This document shows, one piece after another, positions 1 to 25,108 of a stretch of DNA of 64,000 bases. This DNA comes from the human T2T-CHM13v2.0 reference genome, Homo sapiens, in assembly GCF_009914755.1 (NCBI RefSeq), contig NC_060947.1; one strand, given 5' to 3'. The number at the start of each line of letters is the position of its first letter. Position 1 is the stretch's first letter. The notes under the pieces were generated by a model. It did not search any database. It worked only from the letters and a program-made list of their open reading frames with translations, and was not told the origin of the DNA. Made by a program: the position numbers and the translations under genes.

Positions 1-132
<132 letters not shown>

Positions 133-590
133 GATAAAGAACATAATTATTATTTCTCAAAATTTCTTATTTCCCTTTGTAAATCTTTCCTCTTGCTCTA
201 CTACACTTTCCCAAGGTTTATTAATTTGTTTTCTGTTACAATAGACTAGTTTGCATTTTCTAGAGTTTTATAATCTGGATTTTTTCATTCAGTATAAATA
301 TTTTGAGATTAATTGAGTTTGTTGTGTGTATAAATAATTCATTTCTACATATTACTGAATAGTATTCCATTGTATGACCATACCAAATTTGTTTACCCAT
401 TCACTTGTGGATTGATATTTAGGTTGTTTCTAGCTTTTGATTATTACAAACACAGCTGTTATGAACAAGTGGACATTTGGTGGACATTTTGTGGACATTT
501 GGTTATTTCTCTTGAATAAATTCCAAGGAGTAGAATGGCTTGTTTATATGGTAGGTGTATGTTTCATTTTTAAAGAAATTATAATTCTTA
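133..590 (-). mobile_element. Old L1M 3' region fragment
   Basis: Antisense L1M-type motifs (tagtattccattgtatg...tttaggttgtttctag). Confidence 0.65.
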
Positions 591-594
591 CATA

Positions 595-920
595 TAAATA
601 CAACATTCTCCAAGATGGAGTACATGTTTGTCACAAGATGGGTCTTAACAACTTTAAGAAGATTGTTATCATACCAAATATCTTTTCTGACAATAGTGGA
701 AGGAAATTACAACTCAGTAGCAGTGGGAAATCTGGAAAATTCACAAATATGTGGAAACTAAACAGCACATTTTTGAAAAACCAATGGGTCAAAGAAGAGA
801 TCCAAATTAGAAAATATCTTGAAACAAACAAAAATACAACATACCAAAGCTTATAGGATGCAGCAAAACCTATACTAAGAGGTAAGTTTATAAATACCTA
901 CATTAAAAAAGAAGAAAAGA
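595..920 (+). mobile_element. L1M ORF2 fragment (end of endonuclease region)
   Basis: Translation NMWKLNSTFLKNQWVKEEIQIRKYLETNKNTTYQSL is ORF2-like. Confidence 0.85.
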
Positions 921-1831
921 AGAGGGACAGTACAAGATGGCAGAATAGAAGGCTCCACCAATAGTCCCCCATACAAGGACATGATTTAACAATTATCTAT
1001 GCAAACAAAGTACTTTCAGTACTTTCAGTACTTTTCAGGTGAGTACTCACAGTACTCGATTTTAACATCACGTCACTGAAAGAGGCATGGAAGAGGGTAG
1101 GAAAGAGTCTTGAATTGCTGCTGCCACTTATCCCCCATCCCTTGGCAGCTGGTGCATGGCATGAAGAGAGAATCTGAGCACTTGGGAGAGGGTGAGTGCA
1201 GCAATTGTGAGACATTGCAGGGAACTCAGTGCTGCCTTTTCATAGCAGAAAGCAAAACCAGGCTGCACTCAGCTGATGCCCACCCACAGAGGGAGTATTT
1301 AAACCAGTCCTAGCCAGAGGGGAATTGCCCATTCCCAGCAGTCAGAACTTGAGTTCTGGCAAGCCTCACCACCACATGCTAAAGTGCTCTGGGGCTCCAA
1401 ATAAACTTGAAAGACAATTCTAGGCCACAAGCATTGCAACTCCTAGGTGAGTCCTAGGGCTGAACTGAGTTCAGAGCCAGTGGACGAGGCGGGGGGAGGC
1501 ATGTGACCTATTGGAGACACCAGCCGGGCAGCTAAGAAAGTACTTGAATCACCTCTACCCCAACCCTAGACTCCACAGCTCCTGGCTCCAAAAGAGACCC
1601 CTTTCCAGGCTGTAGCTCCCAGAGTAAATTTCTAGACACACCCTGGGCCAGAAAGGAATCAACTACCTTGAAGGGACTCTAGTCCCTGACTCCTGGATGG
1701 CACCTCTGGACCTGCCCTGGGCCTGAGGGAGCTCATCACCCTTAAGGGAAGGACACGGGCCTGGCTGTATTTTCTACCTGCAGATTGTAGAGCCTCAAGG
1801 CCTAGAACGAACATAGGTGGTAGCCAGGTAG

Positions 1832-2360
<529 letters not shown>

Positions 2361-3069
2361 TCACCAAGGTAGTATCTCTTTGAGTCAGCAAGAACCACAG
2401 TGATATTGAGGTTGGGGTGTTCCCTAATACAGATAGAGCTTAGATCACAAAACCCAAGTTCCTTTGGATACATGGAAAGCTTTCCCAAGAAGGAACGGTA
2501 CAAACAAGCCTAGATTGTGAAAACTACAATAAATACCTAACTCTTAAAATGCCTAGACACAGATGAACATCTGTAAATGTCATCAAGACCATCCGGGAAA
2601 ACATGACCTTGTCAAATGAACTAAATAAATCACCAGGGTTTATTAGTCACCAGGCACTAATCCTGAAGAGATGGATATATGTGACCTTTCAGATGGAGAA
2701 TTCAAAATAGCTATTTTGATGAAACTAAAAGAAATTCAAGATAGCACAGAGAAGGAATTCAGAATTCTATTAGATAAATTTAACAAAGAGATTGAAATAA
2801 GAAGAATCAAGCAGAAATTCTGGAGTTGAAAAATGCAAGTGATATACTGAAGAATGCATCAGAGTCCTTTAATAACAGAATTGTTCAAGCAGAAGAATTA
2901 GTGAGCTTGAAGACAGGCTATTTGAAAACACACAGAGGAGACAAAAGCTAAGAGAATAAAAAACAATGAAGCACACCTACAAGATCTAGAAAATAGCCTC
3001 AAAAGGGCAAATCTAGAAGTTATTGGCTGCAAAGAGGAAGTAGAGAAAGAGATAGAGGTAGAAAGTTTA

Positions 3070-3479
<410 letters not shown>

Positions 3480-4525
3480 TCAAGAAGGTTATAGACTACC
3501 AAGCAGATTTAACCCAAAGAAGACTACCTCAAGGCATTTAATAACCAAACTCCCAAAGGTCAAGGATAAAGAATGGAACCTAAAAGCAGCAAGAGAAGAG
3601 AAACAAATAGCAGACAATGAGTCTTCAATATGTCTGGCAGCAGACTTTTCAGTGGAAACCTTAAAGGCCAAGAGAGAGTGGCATAATATATTTAAAATGC
3701 TGAAGGAAAAAATTTTTACCCTAGCATAGTGTATCCAGTGAAAATATCCTTCATAAGTGAAGGAGAAATATAGACTTTCCCAGACAAAGAAAAGCTGAGG
3801 AATTGTATCACCACCAGACCTGTTCCACAAGACATGCTAAATGGAATACTTCAGTCAGAAAGAAAAGAACATTAATGAACCATATCATCTGAAGGTACAA
3901 AACTTCTTGGTAATAGTAAGTACACAGAAAAACACAAGCTATTATAACACGGTAACTGTGGTGTATAAACTATTCTTACCTTAAGTAGAAAGACTAAATG
4001 ATAAAGCAATAAAAAATAACTAGAACAACTTTTCAAGACATAGATAGTACAATATAATATAAACAGAAACAACGAAAGGTTCTAAAGTGGGGGGATGAAG
4101 TTAAGGTGTAGAGTTTTTTTAGTTTTCTTTTTGCTTGTTTGTTTATGCAAACAATGTTAAGTTGTTATCAGCTTAAAGTAATGGGTTATAAGATAGTATT
4201 TACAAGCCTCATGGTAATCTCAAATAAAAAAACATACAATGGATACAAAAAAAATAAAAAGCAAGAAACTAAATTATATTGCTGGAGAAAATCACCTTCA
4301 CTAAAAGAAAGACAGGAAGGAAGAAAAGACGGAGAACACCACAAAACAACCAGGAAACAAATAACAAAATGACAGGAGTAAGTCCTTACTTATCAATAAT
4401 AACATAGAATGGAAATGGACTAACCCCCCCAATCAAAAGACATAGAATGGCTGAATGGATTTAAAAAAAGTCTCAACGATCTGATTGCCTGCAAGAAACA
4501 CACTTCACCAATAAAGATACACATA

Positions 4526-4916
<391 letters not shown>

Positions 4917-6807
4917 TCAGAGAAAACAGATTTCAAGATAAAAACCACAAGAAGAGACAAAAAGGTCACTATATAAAGGGGTCGATTCAGTAAGAGGGTA
5001 TAATAATTGTAAATATATATGCACCCAATACTAGTGCACCCAGATTTATATAGCAAATGTTACTAGAGCTAAAAAGAGAGATAGACTCCATACAATAATG
5101 CCTGGAGACTTCAACACCCCACTTTCAGCATTGGACAGATCTTCCAGACAGAAAATCAACATAGAAATGTCGGCTTTTGTCTATAGTATACAACAAATGG
5201 ACCTAATAGACACAGAACATTTCATTTAGTGGCTGCAGAGTACCCATTCTTTTCCTCAGCACATTGATCATTCTCAAGGATGGACCATATGTTAAGTCAA
5301 AAAACAAGTCTTAAAACATTCAAAAAAGTGAAATAATATCAAGCATCTTCTGTTACCACAATGGAATAAAACTAGAAATCAACAACAAGAGGATTTTTGG
5401 AAACTATAAAAACACATTGAAATTAGACAGTATGCTCCTGCATGATCAGTGAGTCAATGAAACAATTATGGAGAAAACTGATAAATTTCTTGAAACGAGA
5501 TAATGGAAACACAACATACTCAAATCTTTGGAATACAGCAAAAGCAGTACTAAGAGGGAAGTTTATAGCTATAATTGCCTACATCAAAAAAGAAGAAAAG
5601 TTTTAAAAACAACCTAGTAATGCATCTTAAAGAACTAGAAAAGCAAGGGCAAACCAAATCCAAAATTAGAAGAAAAGAAATAAAAATCAGAGCAGAAATG
5701 AGTGAATATGAAATTAAGAAAACAATACAAAATTAAATGAAACAAAAAGTTGACATTTTGAAACCAAAACTGACAAATTATAGCCAGACTAACTAAGAAA
5801 AAAAGAGAGAAGACCCAAATAAATAAAATCATAGAAGAAAAAAGAGATATTACAACTGATACTGCAGAAATTCAAATAATCATTCATGGTTGCTATGAGC
5901 AACTATATGTGAATAAAACTGGAAAATCTAGAAGAAATTGATTAATTCCTAGACACATACAACCTACCAAAATTGAAACAAGAAGAAATCCAAAAGCTGA
6001 ACAGGCCAATAACAAATAACAAGATGAAAGCCTTAATAAAACATCTCCAATCAAGGAAAAGCCCAGAACCTGATGGATTGACTGCTGAATTCTACCAAAC
6101 ATTTAAAGAAGAACTAATACCAATCCTATTCAAACTATTCCAAAAAAACAGAGGAGGAGGGACTACTTCCAAACTCAGTCTACGAGGCCAGCGTTACCCT
6201 GATCCTCAAACCAGACAAAAGCAAATAAAACAAAAACTATAGGCCAATATCACTGATGAATATTGATAGAAAAATCCTCAACAAAATATGAGCAAACCAA
6301 ATTCAATAACACATTAAAAAGAACATTCATTAAGACCAAGTGAGATTTACCTGAGGGATGTAAGGATAATTCAACATATTCAAGTTAATTAATGTGATAC
6401 ATCATATCGACAGAGTGAGGGACGAAACCACGTGTTCATTTCAATTGATCCTAAAAAAGCATTTGATAAATGAATAAAGAGAATGTGGTATATACATACA
6501 ATGGAATACCATTCCATTGTTTTTCTTACTGCTTTCAAAATATTCTCTTTTTCTCCATCTTTTCAACATTTTTGATATGTATCTGGGTATGGATGTCTAG
6601 TTAATCCTACTTGGATTTTGTTGAGCTTCTTGTGTTCATAGATTAATGCTTTTCATCAAATTTGGAAAGTTTTTAGCCTCTATTTATTGTAATATTTTTT
6701 TCTGCTCTTTTTTAGCTTTTCTCTCCTTGTACTCTTGTTGTGCATACATTGGTGTGTTTGATGATGTCCATATTTCTTTGAGGCTCTGTTCATTTTTCCT
6801 CATTGTG

Positions 6808-7106
6808 TTTTCTTTCTTTTTTTTGAGATGGAGTCTTGCTCTCTCTCAGGCTGGAGTGCAGTGGTGTGATCTCGGCTCACTGCAACCTCCGCCTCCCGAA
6901 TTCAAGCGACTCTCTTGTCTCAGCCTCCTGAATAGCTCGGACTACAGGCGCCTGCCACCATGCCCAGCTAATTTTTGTGTATTTTTAGTAGAGACGGGGT
7001 TTCACCATGTTGGCCAGACTGGTTTCAAACTCCTGACCTCAGGCGATCCACCCGCTTCGGCCTCCCAAAGTGCTGGGATTACAGGCGTGAGCCACCACGC
7101 CTGGCC
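6808..7106 (-). mobile_element. AluS-like
   Basis: Antisense dimeric Alu. Confidence 0.95.
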
Positions 7107-7119
7107 TATACTGCCTTTT

Positions 7120-7345
7120 AATATGTATAACATATATAGCCTCTTTATATATATAGCATATATACTATATTATATATATATCATTATGAGATAGTATAAA
7201 CTATATATATAGATATATAAAATGCCTGGTATATATACTAAATATATTTTATATACATATATATATAAAGTACAAAACAAACCAGGCATTTTATATTTTT
7301 GTATATATAAGTATATATATGTAAAGTATATTTATATAAAGTATA
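7120..7345. repeat. (TA)-rich low-complexity tract
   Basis: Degenerate tatata runs between two oppositely oriented Alus. Confidence 0.85.
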
Positions 7346-7352
7346 AAATAAA

Positions 7353-7635
7353 CCAGGCACGGTGGCTCATGCCTATAACCTAGTTCTTTGGTCAGCTGAA
7401 GTGGGAGGATCACTTGAGTCCAGGAGTTCAAGATCAGCCTGGACAACACAGGGAGACCTGTCTCTACAATAAATAAATAAATAAATTAAATTAGTTGAGC
7501 ATGGCAACGTGCGCTTGTAGTCTTAGCTACTCAGGAGGCTGAGGTGGGAGGATTGCTTGAGCCCAGGAATTCGAGGCTGCAGTAAGCTGTGATCTCTGCA
7601 CTCCAGCCTGGGTGACAAAGGAAGACCCTGAGTCT
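7353..7635 (+). mobile_element. AluJ-like
   Basis: Diverged dimeric Alu with (AAAT)n middle tract. Confidence 0.9.
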
Positions 7636-7699
7636 AATATATGTGTGTGTGTGTAGTTTGTATAGTTACCTGTGTAGTTACCTTTACTAGTGGTCTTTA

Positions 7700-7842
7700 T
7701 TTCTTTTTATTTTTCTTTTTTTTTTTTAGAACGGGTCTCACTATGTTGACCAGGCTGGCCTTGAACTCCTGGGCTCAAGCTATTCTCCCGCCTCGGCCTC
7801 CCAAAGTGCTGGGATTACAGGTGTGAGCCACCATACCCGGCT
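7700..7842 (-). mobile_element. FLAM/Alu monomer
   Basis: Single left arm with T-tract. Confidence 0.85.
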
Positions 7843-8004
7843 GGTCTTTATTTCTTTATATAGATTTGAATTGCTGTTTAGTGTCCTTTTATTTCAGCCT
7901 TGATTAACTTCCTTCAGTATTGTTTGCAGTGTAGGTGTGCTACAAACAAATTCTCTCAGTTTTGGTTTATCCTGTAATATCTTAATTTCTGCTTCACTTT
8001 TTAA

Positions 8005-10469
<2,465 letters not shown>

Positions 10470-10470
<1 letters not shown>

Positions 10471-10954
10471 TCCTTCAGTTTTGAAAGATAGTTTGGGTGG
10501 ATATGGAAATCTTGTTGGACAGTCTTTTGCTTTCAGCTGTTTGAATATGTCATTTCAGTTCCTCAAGCTTCCATAGTTTCTGATAAGAAATCAGCTGTTA
10601 ATCTTATTTGGGATCCCTTGTTCATGACGAGTTGCTTCTCTCTTGCTACTTTTAAGATTCTCTCTTTCTCTTTGGCTTTGTAAAGTTTGACTATTTTGTG
10701 AATTTTGTCAAGCTTCTTGAATGCGTTATTGATGTTTTTCATCAAATTTGGGAAATTTTCAGCTATGATTTCTTCAAATACTCCTTCTACCCCTTTCTCT
10801 TTCTGGAAATCTCATATATTGCTGGTAAGAATGAAAATGTTTGTATCTTGATGGTGTCCCACATTTCTCTGAAGCTCTGTTTGTTTTCATTCATTCTTTT
10901 TTTTCCTGTTCATTTCAGTTGACCCATCTTCAAGTTTAGTTTTTTTTTTTGCTG

Positions 10955-10987
<33 letters not shown>

Positions 10988-12380
10988 TTTCCAGTTGAAA
11001 TATGCTGTTGAGCTTGTCTAGTGAATTTTAAAATTTGGTTATTATATTTTTCAACTCTAGAATTTCTATTTGGTCTTTTAAAAATTCTCTTTATTGATAT
11101 ATTCTACTTTCTACTTGTTCTCTTTCCTTTTGTTCTTTAGATATAATTTTCTTTAGTTCTTTGAACATATTTATAAAAGCCGTTTAAAAATCTTTAGTAA
11201 TTTTAAGTGCAAGTATCCTCAAAGTCAACTTCTTTTGACTTTACCTTTTCCTATGTGTGAGCCATACTTTTTTGTTTCTTTGCATGTCTTATAGTTGTTT
11301 GAACAAACTTGGACATTTCAAATAATAAAGTGACAATTCTGTAAATCAGATTTTCCTCCCTCCTATTCCCAGGGTCTTTTGTTGTTATTTGTTGTTGTTG
11401 ATGGTTATGTTGCTGTTTGTCTGTTTAATGACTTTCCTGAACTAATTCTGTAAAGTTTGTGTTCTTTGTCATGTGTGGCCACTGAAATCTCTGTTCAGAT
11501 AGCTTAATGGTCAGGTAATGACTGGCCAGAGATTTTCTTAAATTCATTGCACCACTAAGTCTCCTAGACTTTGCCAAGGGGCTCTGTTTGAGTGTTGGGA
11601 ATATCTTTAACACTGCAACAGGCACTTTACAACACTGCATTAGCCTTCACTTTTTGATTGCACAGAATCTCCACTTACAGCAGATGTGAAAGATTAGATT
11701 TCTCAGGTCTTTCCTGGACATTTTTGCAGCCCTGCACATGCACATAGCCTTTTAGATTCCCAGGAATATGTTGGAGCTTTTCAAAGCCTTCCATGGACAT
11801 CTTGTTTCCCAAGTTTTCCTTTTAAGTTTTTCAGTAAGCTTGTTTGTCCCAACTGTGATTCTCCACCTCAGACAACTGTGATGTTTAATAATTGCAGCTG
11901 ATTGTTTTCTACAAACTCCCTGAGGAAAAGGCTGTACACATGAAGAAAGGTCAGAGTCAGGTCAAATAAGACAGAGTCCTGTAATTGGGGTTTCCAGATA
12001 ATGTCCTGACAGGTCGAATAGTGACAATACACTTGAGATGGGGCTTTGGGGAGCAGCAAAACCTGTATTTCTCATCAGATGGCTACTAAGCTGCTGGATT
12101 TCATGGCTACAATGATTGTGAGGCTGTTGGTTTTCAAGGCTACCATGGAGCTGGAGAAAGGTGATGAGAATAGGGCAAGTTAGAAAGTCACACAGCTCAA
12201 TATTCTTACCAAGATTCTGTTATTTTATTGAATAAATGCTCCTCGAATTGTTGGCATGCCTTTTTAAAAAAAGAAAATTTCCCGAGTTAAGAAAAAGTTG
12301 TTTTTGATAATTTTTGGAAGTGTTTTTGTTGCTTTTATGGTGAGCAGATTTTTGGAACTCCTTATTCTGTCATTCTGTTG
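10470..12380 (-). mobile_element. Old L1M ORF1/5' region
   Basis: ORF1-like KERILKVAREKQLVMNKGSQIRLTADFLSETMEA (10563-10745). Confidence 0.75.
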
Positions 12381-12584
12381 TTTATTTCATCCTACTGCTT
12401 TCTTTCATTATATTTGTATTTTTATATTTTCCCTATTTTAACTTTTAACTTGCCTCTAATGTTATGTTTCAAGTCAGTTTCTTGTAACCAGCAGATATTT
12501 GTATTATTTTGCTCCATTTTTTCAATGTCTGCCATCTAATTTGTGTATTTAGACCATTTTTCTTTTGTTTTTAATATACTTTAT

Positions 12585-15490
<2,906 letters not shown>

Positions 15491-15699
15491 TCTATTTCTT
15501 GATTTATCAATTTTAGACTTTATCCATAATAAGTAAGAGCTTGTATATCCCACCCTTCCCATTATTTCCTGTCCTCCCATCCCTCCAAAAATGTTGTATC
15601 TTAATTTTTCACCGTCAATAACTTGTATTTACATTATTATAAATATGTAAATACTGTTTACTGTTGAGTTATGTAGTGCTCTGTGACTAATTCTCCTTT

Positions 15700-20515
<4,816 letters not shown>

Positions 20516-20959
20516 TAAGTTAATTATTGCTTATCAATCTGCTTTTTGTCTCTCCAGAACTTGCTGAAATCTCATCTATTATTGTTTTATTTCCCACTCC
20601 CTTTACCCCCATGGGCTTTTATGGTTCTTTTTCTTTTACTATCATTTAGTAGAGTTTGGGATTGTGTTAAAGTTGCCTGTGGATTGATATTTAGCCATAT
20701 TAAAAACACATAAATGTAATGTAACTATGAAATTGTGACTGGCACAAACTATGCTCTGGCGCCTATCTGGATTGTGGTCACATCAGTGCATAATCATTTT
20801 CAAAGGAATTTAGTTGTCTTAGCTCATGTGATGGACTCAAGGCTGTTTTTGCAGAGTTCTGTTTCTGTTGACTATAATCATTCATTTTAATGTTAAAGTT
20901 GTTTACTACTTGATTATTGGAAGGTATCTCTAGACTAAAATCATTGACATAATGAAAAG

Positions 20960-21486
20960 AAATCTTTAAATCTTATTTTTAAAAAGTAATACATGCACAT
21001 AGTAACAAAAATGTCAAATAGCACAAAAGAGTATTCACTGAAAAATAAGTCTCCTTTACTCTCCAGTCCCCCAGCTACCCACTTCCTTTCCTTAGAGGCA
21101 ATTACTGTTTCTAGTTTCTTGCATTCTTTCCGATATATTATAGGTATATTCAAGCATATATACCTTTCACTGTCACTGAAATGGCAGTATTCTATGTGTA
21201 CTGACATGTATCTTGCTTTTTTCATTTAACAATATATCTTGGCGATATTCCATTTCAATGGACATAGGATCTTACCTTTTTTCTTCTGGTGGTTTTACAG
21301 TATTCTGTTGTATTAATACACTGCAATTTATTTAACCAGTTTCTTATTGATGGACATTTAGGTTGTTTCCAACCTTTTCTGCTACAAATATTGCTGCAGT
21401 GAATTTCTTCACCTTTTGTACATGTTTGAGTGTATTTGTGATATAAATTCCTATAAGTACAGTTGTTGGTTCAAAGAATATGTAGC
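20960..21486 (-). mobile_element. Ancient L1ME-type 3' fragment
   Basis: Diverged antisense L1M 3' motifs (tttaaccagtttcttattgatggacatttaggttg). Confidence 0.6.
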
Positions 21487-21800
<314 letters not shown>

Positions 21801-21809
21801 CAATATATA

Positions 21810-22755
21810 GCTTTAAAATTTGTCTTTGTCTTTTTGAAATGTCCCAGAGATATTTGTGAAAGCATCCTTGCTTTATGACAATAAGATGTTTGTAGGAACA
21901 TTTTGCTTTCTTTCGTCTACTGCTCAAGGAACCCTGATTCCGTTTGGCAGAAAAAAAAAGATCTGGGGGATTAGGGGGGGTTTTAGATTTTTCTACATGA
22001 CTACTGTTGGTAGGGAGAGGCAATCTGAATGATTTAAGTAACAAAGTGAAAGTTTTTAAGGGTGCGAGTTCATGTTGATGTTTCCAGTTTAACTTCAAGT
22101 CCTTTCTTGCTTACTGCTGTTATGAGAAATTTAAATAATTTATTCTTTTTCTTTTCATTTGTGCTACCATCTTTAATGCTCTTTTATTTATCTTCTTCTA
22201 CTAACTCAAATATATTATGTTGCATATTGTCATAACAAACCATGTATTTAAATTATAATACTGTTCTGGGCTTGAGAAATACCTATTTCTTTTCTGCTCC
22301 CTGACAAGATAGGTTTCAAAGCATACGAGTTTAGATAATCCTTTATGACCACACCATCCAAACACAGAACTGGCCGTGGAAAGAAATTTTAACCTCCTGC
22401 CCATGGAGTCTCAGGGAATTCTGAGGGCATAGGGCACCCAGCATCAAAATAGAGTCCCCATGCACTTAATGGAAGTTAATGGGAAGGACAGCTAAGCAAA
22501 CACTGGCTTGTGAGGTTTTTAACTAAAACCTTCCTCCAGCTTTTCTTTCCCACGTGCCAAAACAGTCTTGGCTTTTTTCCTTTGAGCCTCACTACTTCAA
22601 CTTGTTTTTTTTTTTTTTTTTCATATTTTTCTTCACTGATGCTGCTGCTCATTTATTTGTTATAGGCAGTCTGAGCACTGAACTTCAATTTTTCATAGGA
22701 CCTTGACTTCTTTGTTGACTTGAATGACTTCAAGGTTGTCCTAGTTTAAAGCCAT
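21810..22755 (-). pseudogene. Large terminal exon remnant of the TTC3-like gene
   Basis: Acceptor poly(T)-actgtcttag|atg; reads MALN*DNLEVIQVNKEVKVL*KIEVQCSDCL*QINE..., later AQNSII and HNIFELVEEDK*KSIKDGSTNE; 3' end approximate. Confidence 0.55.
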
Positions 22756-24279
22756 CTAAGACAGTAAAAAAAAAAAAAAAAATCCCAGAAAATACATTAT
22801 CAAGAATTGTGAGCCCACGGCCACGGCCACTCCAGGTTCCACAGCAAGAGCACCCAGCAGACCATGAGGAGGTGAATCAGGGTGGGCAGGTGCTGCCAGA
22901 TGCTGGCTTCCCATCAGCGCAGAAGAGAGCAATCTGGACTCTCTGGACACTGTGCATGCTATTGACCCAATGTAGTGGCCTGTAGTGAGGACTTGGCGCC
23001 TCAGTGAATGGCACTATGGGGGTCTGACCAGACTCCATAAAGCAGAAACTGCTGCCAAGAATGGTGAGGCCTAGGTAAAGATGTAGATGTGCTCTTATGA
23101 TGTCTCACCACCTCTGATGGAGCCCTACCACCCCTTCTATAGCAGCATTAGTAAGGATTGCAGGTATACAGACCTCACTGAAGATCAACTACCCTCTTGT
23201 GAGAGTCTGAAGGATACTATTGCAAGAGCTCTGGCCTTTTGGAATGAAGATATAGTTCCCCAGATAAAGAAGAGGAATTGGATATTGATTGAAGCCCATG
23301 ACAACAGCCTTACAGGCATTATCAAGCATCTGGAGGGTCTCTCTGAAGTGGCTATCATGGAACTGAACCTGCTTACTGGTATTCCCATTGCCTATGAATT
23401 GGCCGAGAACTTGAACCCCATCAAGTCCATGCAGTTCTTAGGGGATGAAGAGGCTATGTGTAAAGCCATGGAAGCTGTGGCTGCCCAGGGCAAGGCCAAG
23501 AAGTGAAGACCATCAGGCAGACTAGTGTCCTCAGAAGCACCCTCCCTGCCCATCCCTTCTTCTGCCCCTACTTCCTGTACGTCACATTGACCACATCTGT
23601 AGGCATCTGAAGTTGTAGATGCAGATGGGGACTGATGGCTCCCATTTTCATTTCAGCCATTTGTCTCCTGCACCCACTCTCTTCAAACAATCCAGACAGG
23701 ATAGCACCTCTGGGGCAAGGGGCTCAGTCCAAGCCCAGGGAAATCTCCACTTATCCAAGAGGGCTGAGAGGTAGTGACTCAGGTTTTTACCAGGGTTTTG
23801 TGTGCAAAGGACCTGCTTTAGTAAGGGATAGGAAGAAAACATGCTAAGGCATGGCCGATGAGGAGAAGCAAGAGAGCCTGTTTGCCCTTAGGAGGCAATC
23901 TTGTGTTCTTCTGTAGTCAGGCCACTTACTGGGGTACTCTAGTCATTCCAGTGGAAGATGAACGTAACCTGCATGGTGATGTAAAATAAAAAAATCCCCA
24001 AACCAAACAAAAAAACCCTGTTTCCTTCCTGACCCCAGAGGAGCTGGCTCCACTTGAAGATTGAGATCAATCCTGAATTAAATTTTTGTTGCATTTACTT
24101 TTACAAAAAAAGTATAGAAATAATATGAAACAAAAACCCTCCTGGGGTTTCTAGTGGTGGTTGAAATAGTCCCACATGTGGTTATCAGAAAATAAGCCCT
24201 TCCTCACACCAATATCAGATAATCTCCTTGACTTGTAAGGGATAGGAATACATCCTGCTGTGTATTTTGGAATTCCTCC

Positions 24280-24664
24280 CGATATGGTTTGAATTTGTGT
24301 TACTGCCCAAATCTCATGTGGAATTGTAAATCCCAATGTTGTAGAAGGGGCCTGGTGGGAGGTAATTAAATCATGGGGGCATATTTCCCCCTTGCTGTTC
24401 TCATGATAGTGAGTGAGTTCTCACAAGACCTGGTTGTTTGAAAGTGTATGGCACCTTCCCCTTTTCCCTCTTCCTCCTTCTCCAGCCATGTAAGATGTGC
24501 CTACTTCCACCTTCACCTTCTGCCATGATTGTAAGTTTCCAGAGGCCTTCCCAGCCATGCTTCCTGTACAGCCTGCAGAACCATGAGTCAATTAAACCTC
24601 TTTTCTTTATAAATTACCCAGTCTCAGGTAGTTCTTTATAGAAATTTGAGAACAGATTAATACA
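24280..24664. mobile_element. MST-type (ERVL-MaLR) solo LTR inside the PGAM1 pseudogene 3'UTR
   Basis: gatatggtttg...aattaaacctctttt...cagattaataca termini typical of MST/THE1. Confidence 0.9.
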
Positions 24665-24740
24665 CCCCCCACCACCTTGTTTTGAGGCAGTGAAATGCCT
24701 CTTGATCATGTTTCAGTGTGTTTTTCATGGCCTGATTTCT

Positions 24741-24923
24741 TTTCTTTCTTTCTTTTTTATTTCAATTGTTTTTGGGATACAGGTGTTTTTCGGTTACATG
24801 GATAAGTTCTTTAGTGGTGATTTCTGAGACTTTAGTACACCTGCTACCCGAGCAGTGTACACTGTACCCTATATGTAGTCTTCCCCTCTGAGTCCCCAAA
24901 GTCCATTATGTCATTCTTATGCC
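24741..24923 (-). mobile_element. Short L1PB 3' end
   Basis: 19-bp TSD ttttcat(g/t)gcctgatttct at 24722-24740 and 24924-24942. Confidence 0.9.
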
Positions 24924-25108
24924 TTTTCATTGCCTGATTTCTGAATCATGTTCTAGTTGCTTGGCCCTGCCACATGGGCCCAGTACTCATTTTGGGCATA
25001 AATATACTAAATATTTTTTTCCAGATCAGTATAATAAAGGAGTGATGTACAATTACAAAATTGTGATGAAAATGTGCCAAATAATAATTTTAAAATCTAC
25101 TTACTAAC

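Larger units (their letters stand above)
22813..25056 (+). pseudogene. PGAM1: PGAM1 (phosphoglycerate mutase 1) processed pseudogene
   Basis: Intronless; ORF 23087-23506 ends ...[25 protein letters not shown]; upstream stops and deletions; 3'UTR with aataaa at 25033; TSD aagaattgtga (22802-22812) / aaaattgtga (25057-25066). Confidence 0.95.

Noticed and set aside
469-501. Short tandem repeat (gtggacattt x3) as a CRISPR-like or regulatory array
   Set aside because: Local slippage duplication within an old L1; eukaryotic context and no spacers.
23087-23506. 139-aa PGAM ORF as a functional gene (e.g. PGAM4)
   Set aside because: Start codon lost, RHG motif scrambled, upstream stops and deletions, HGN changed to HDN.
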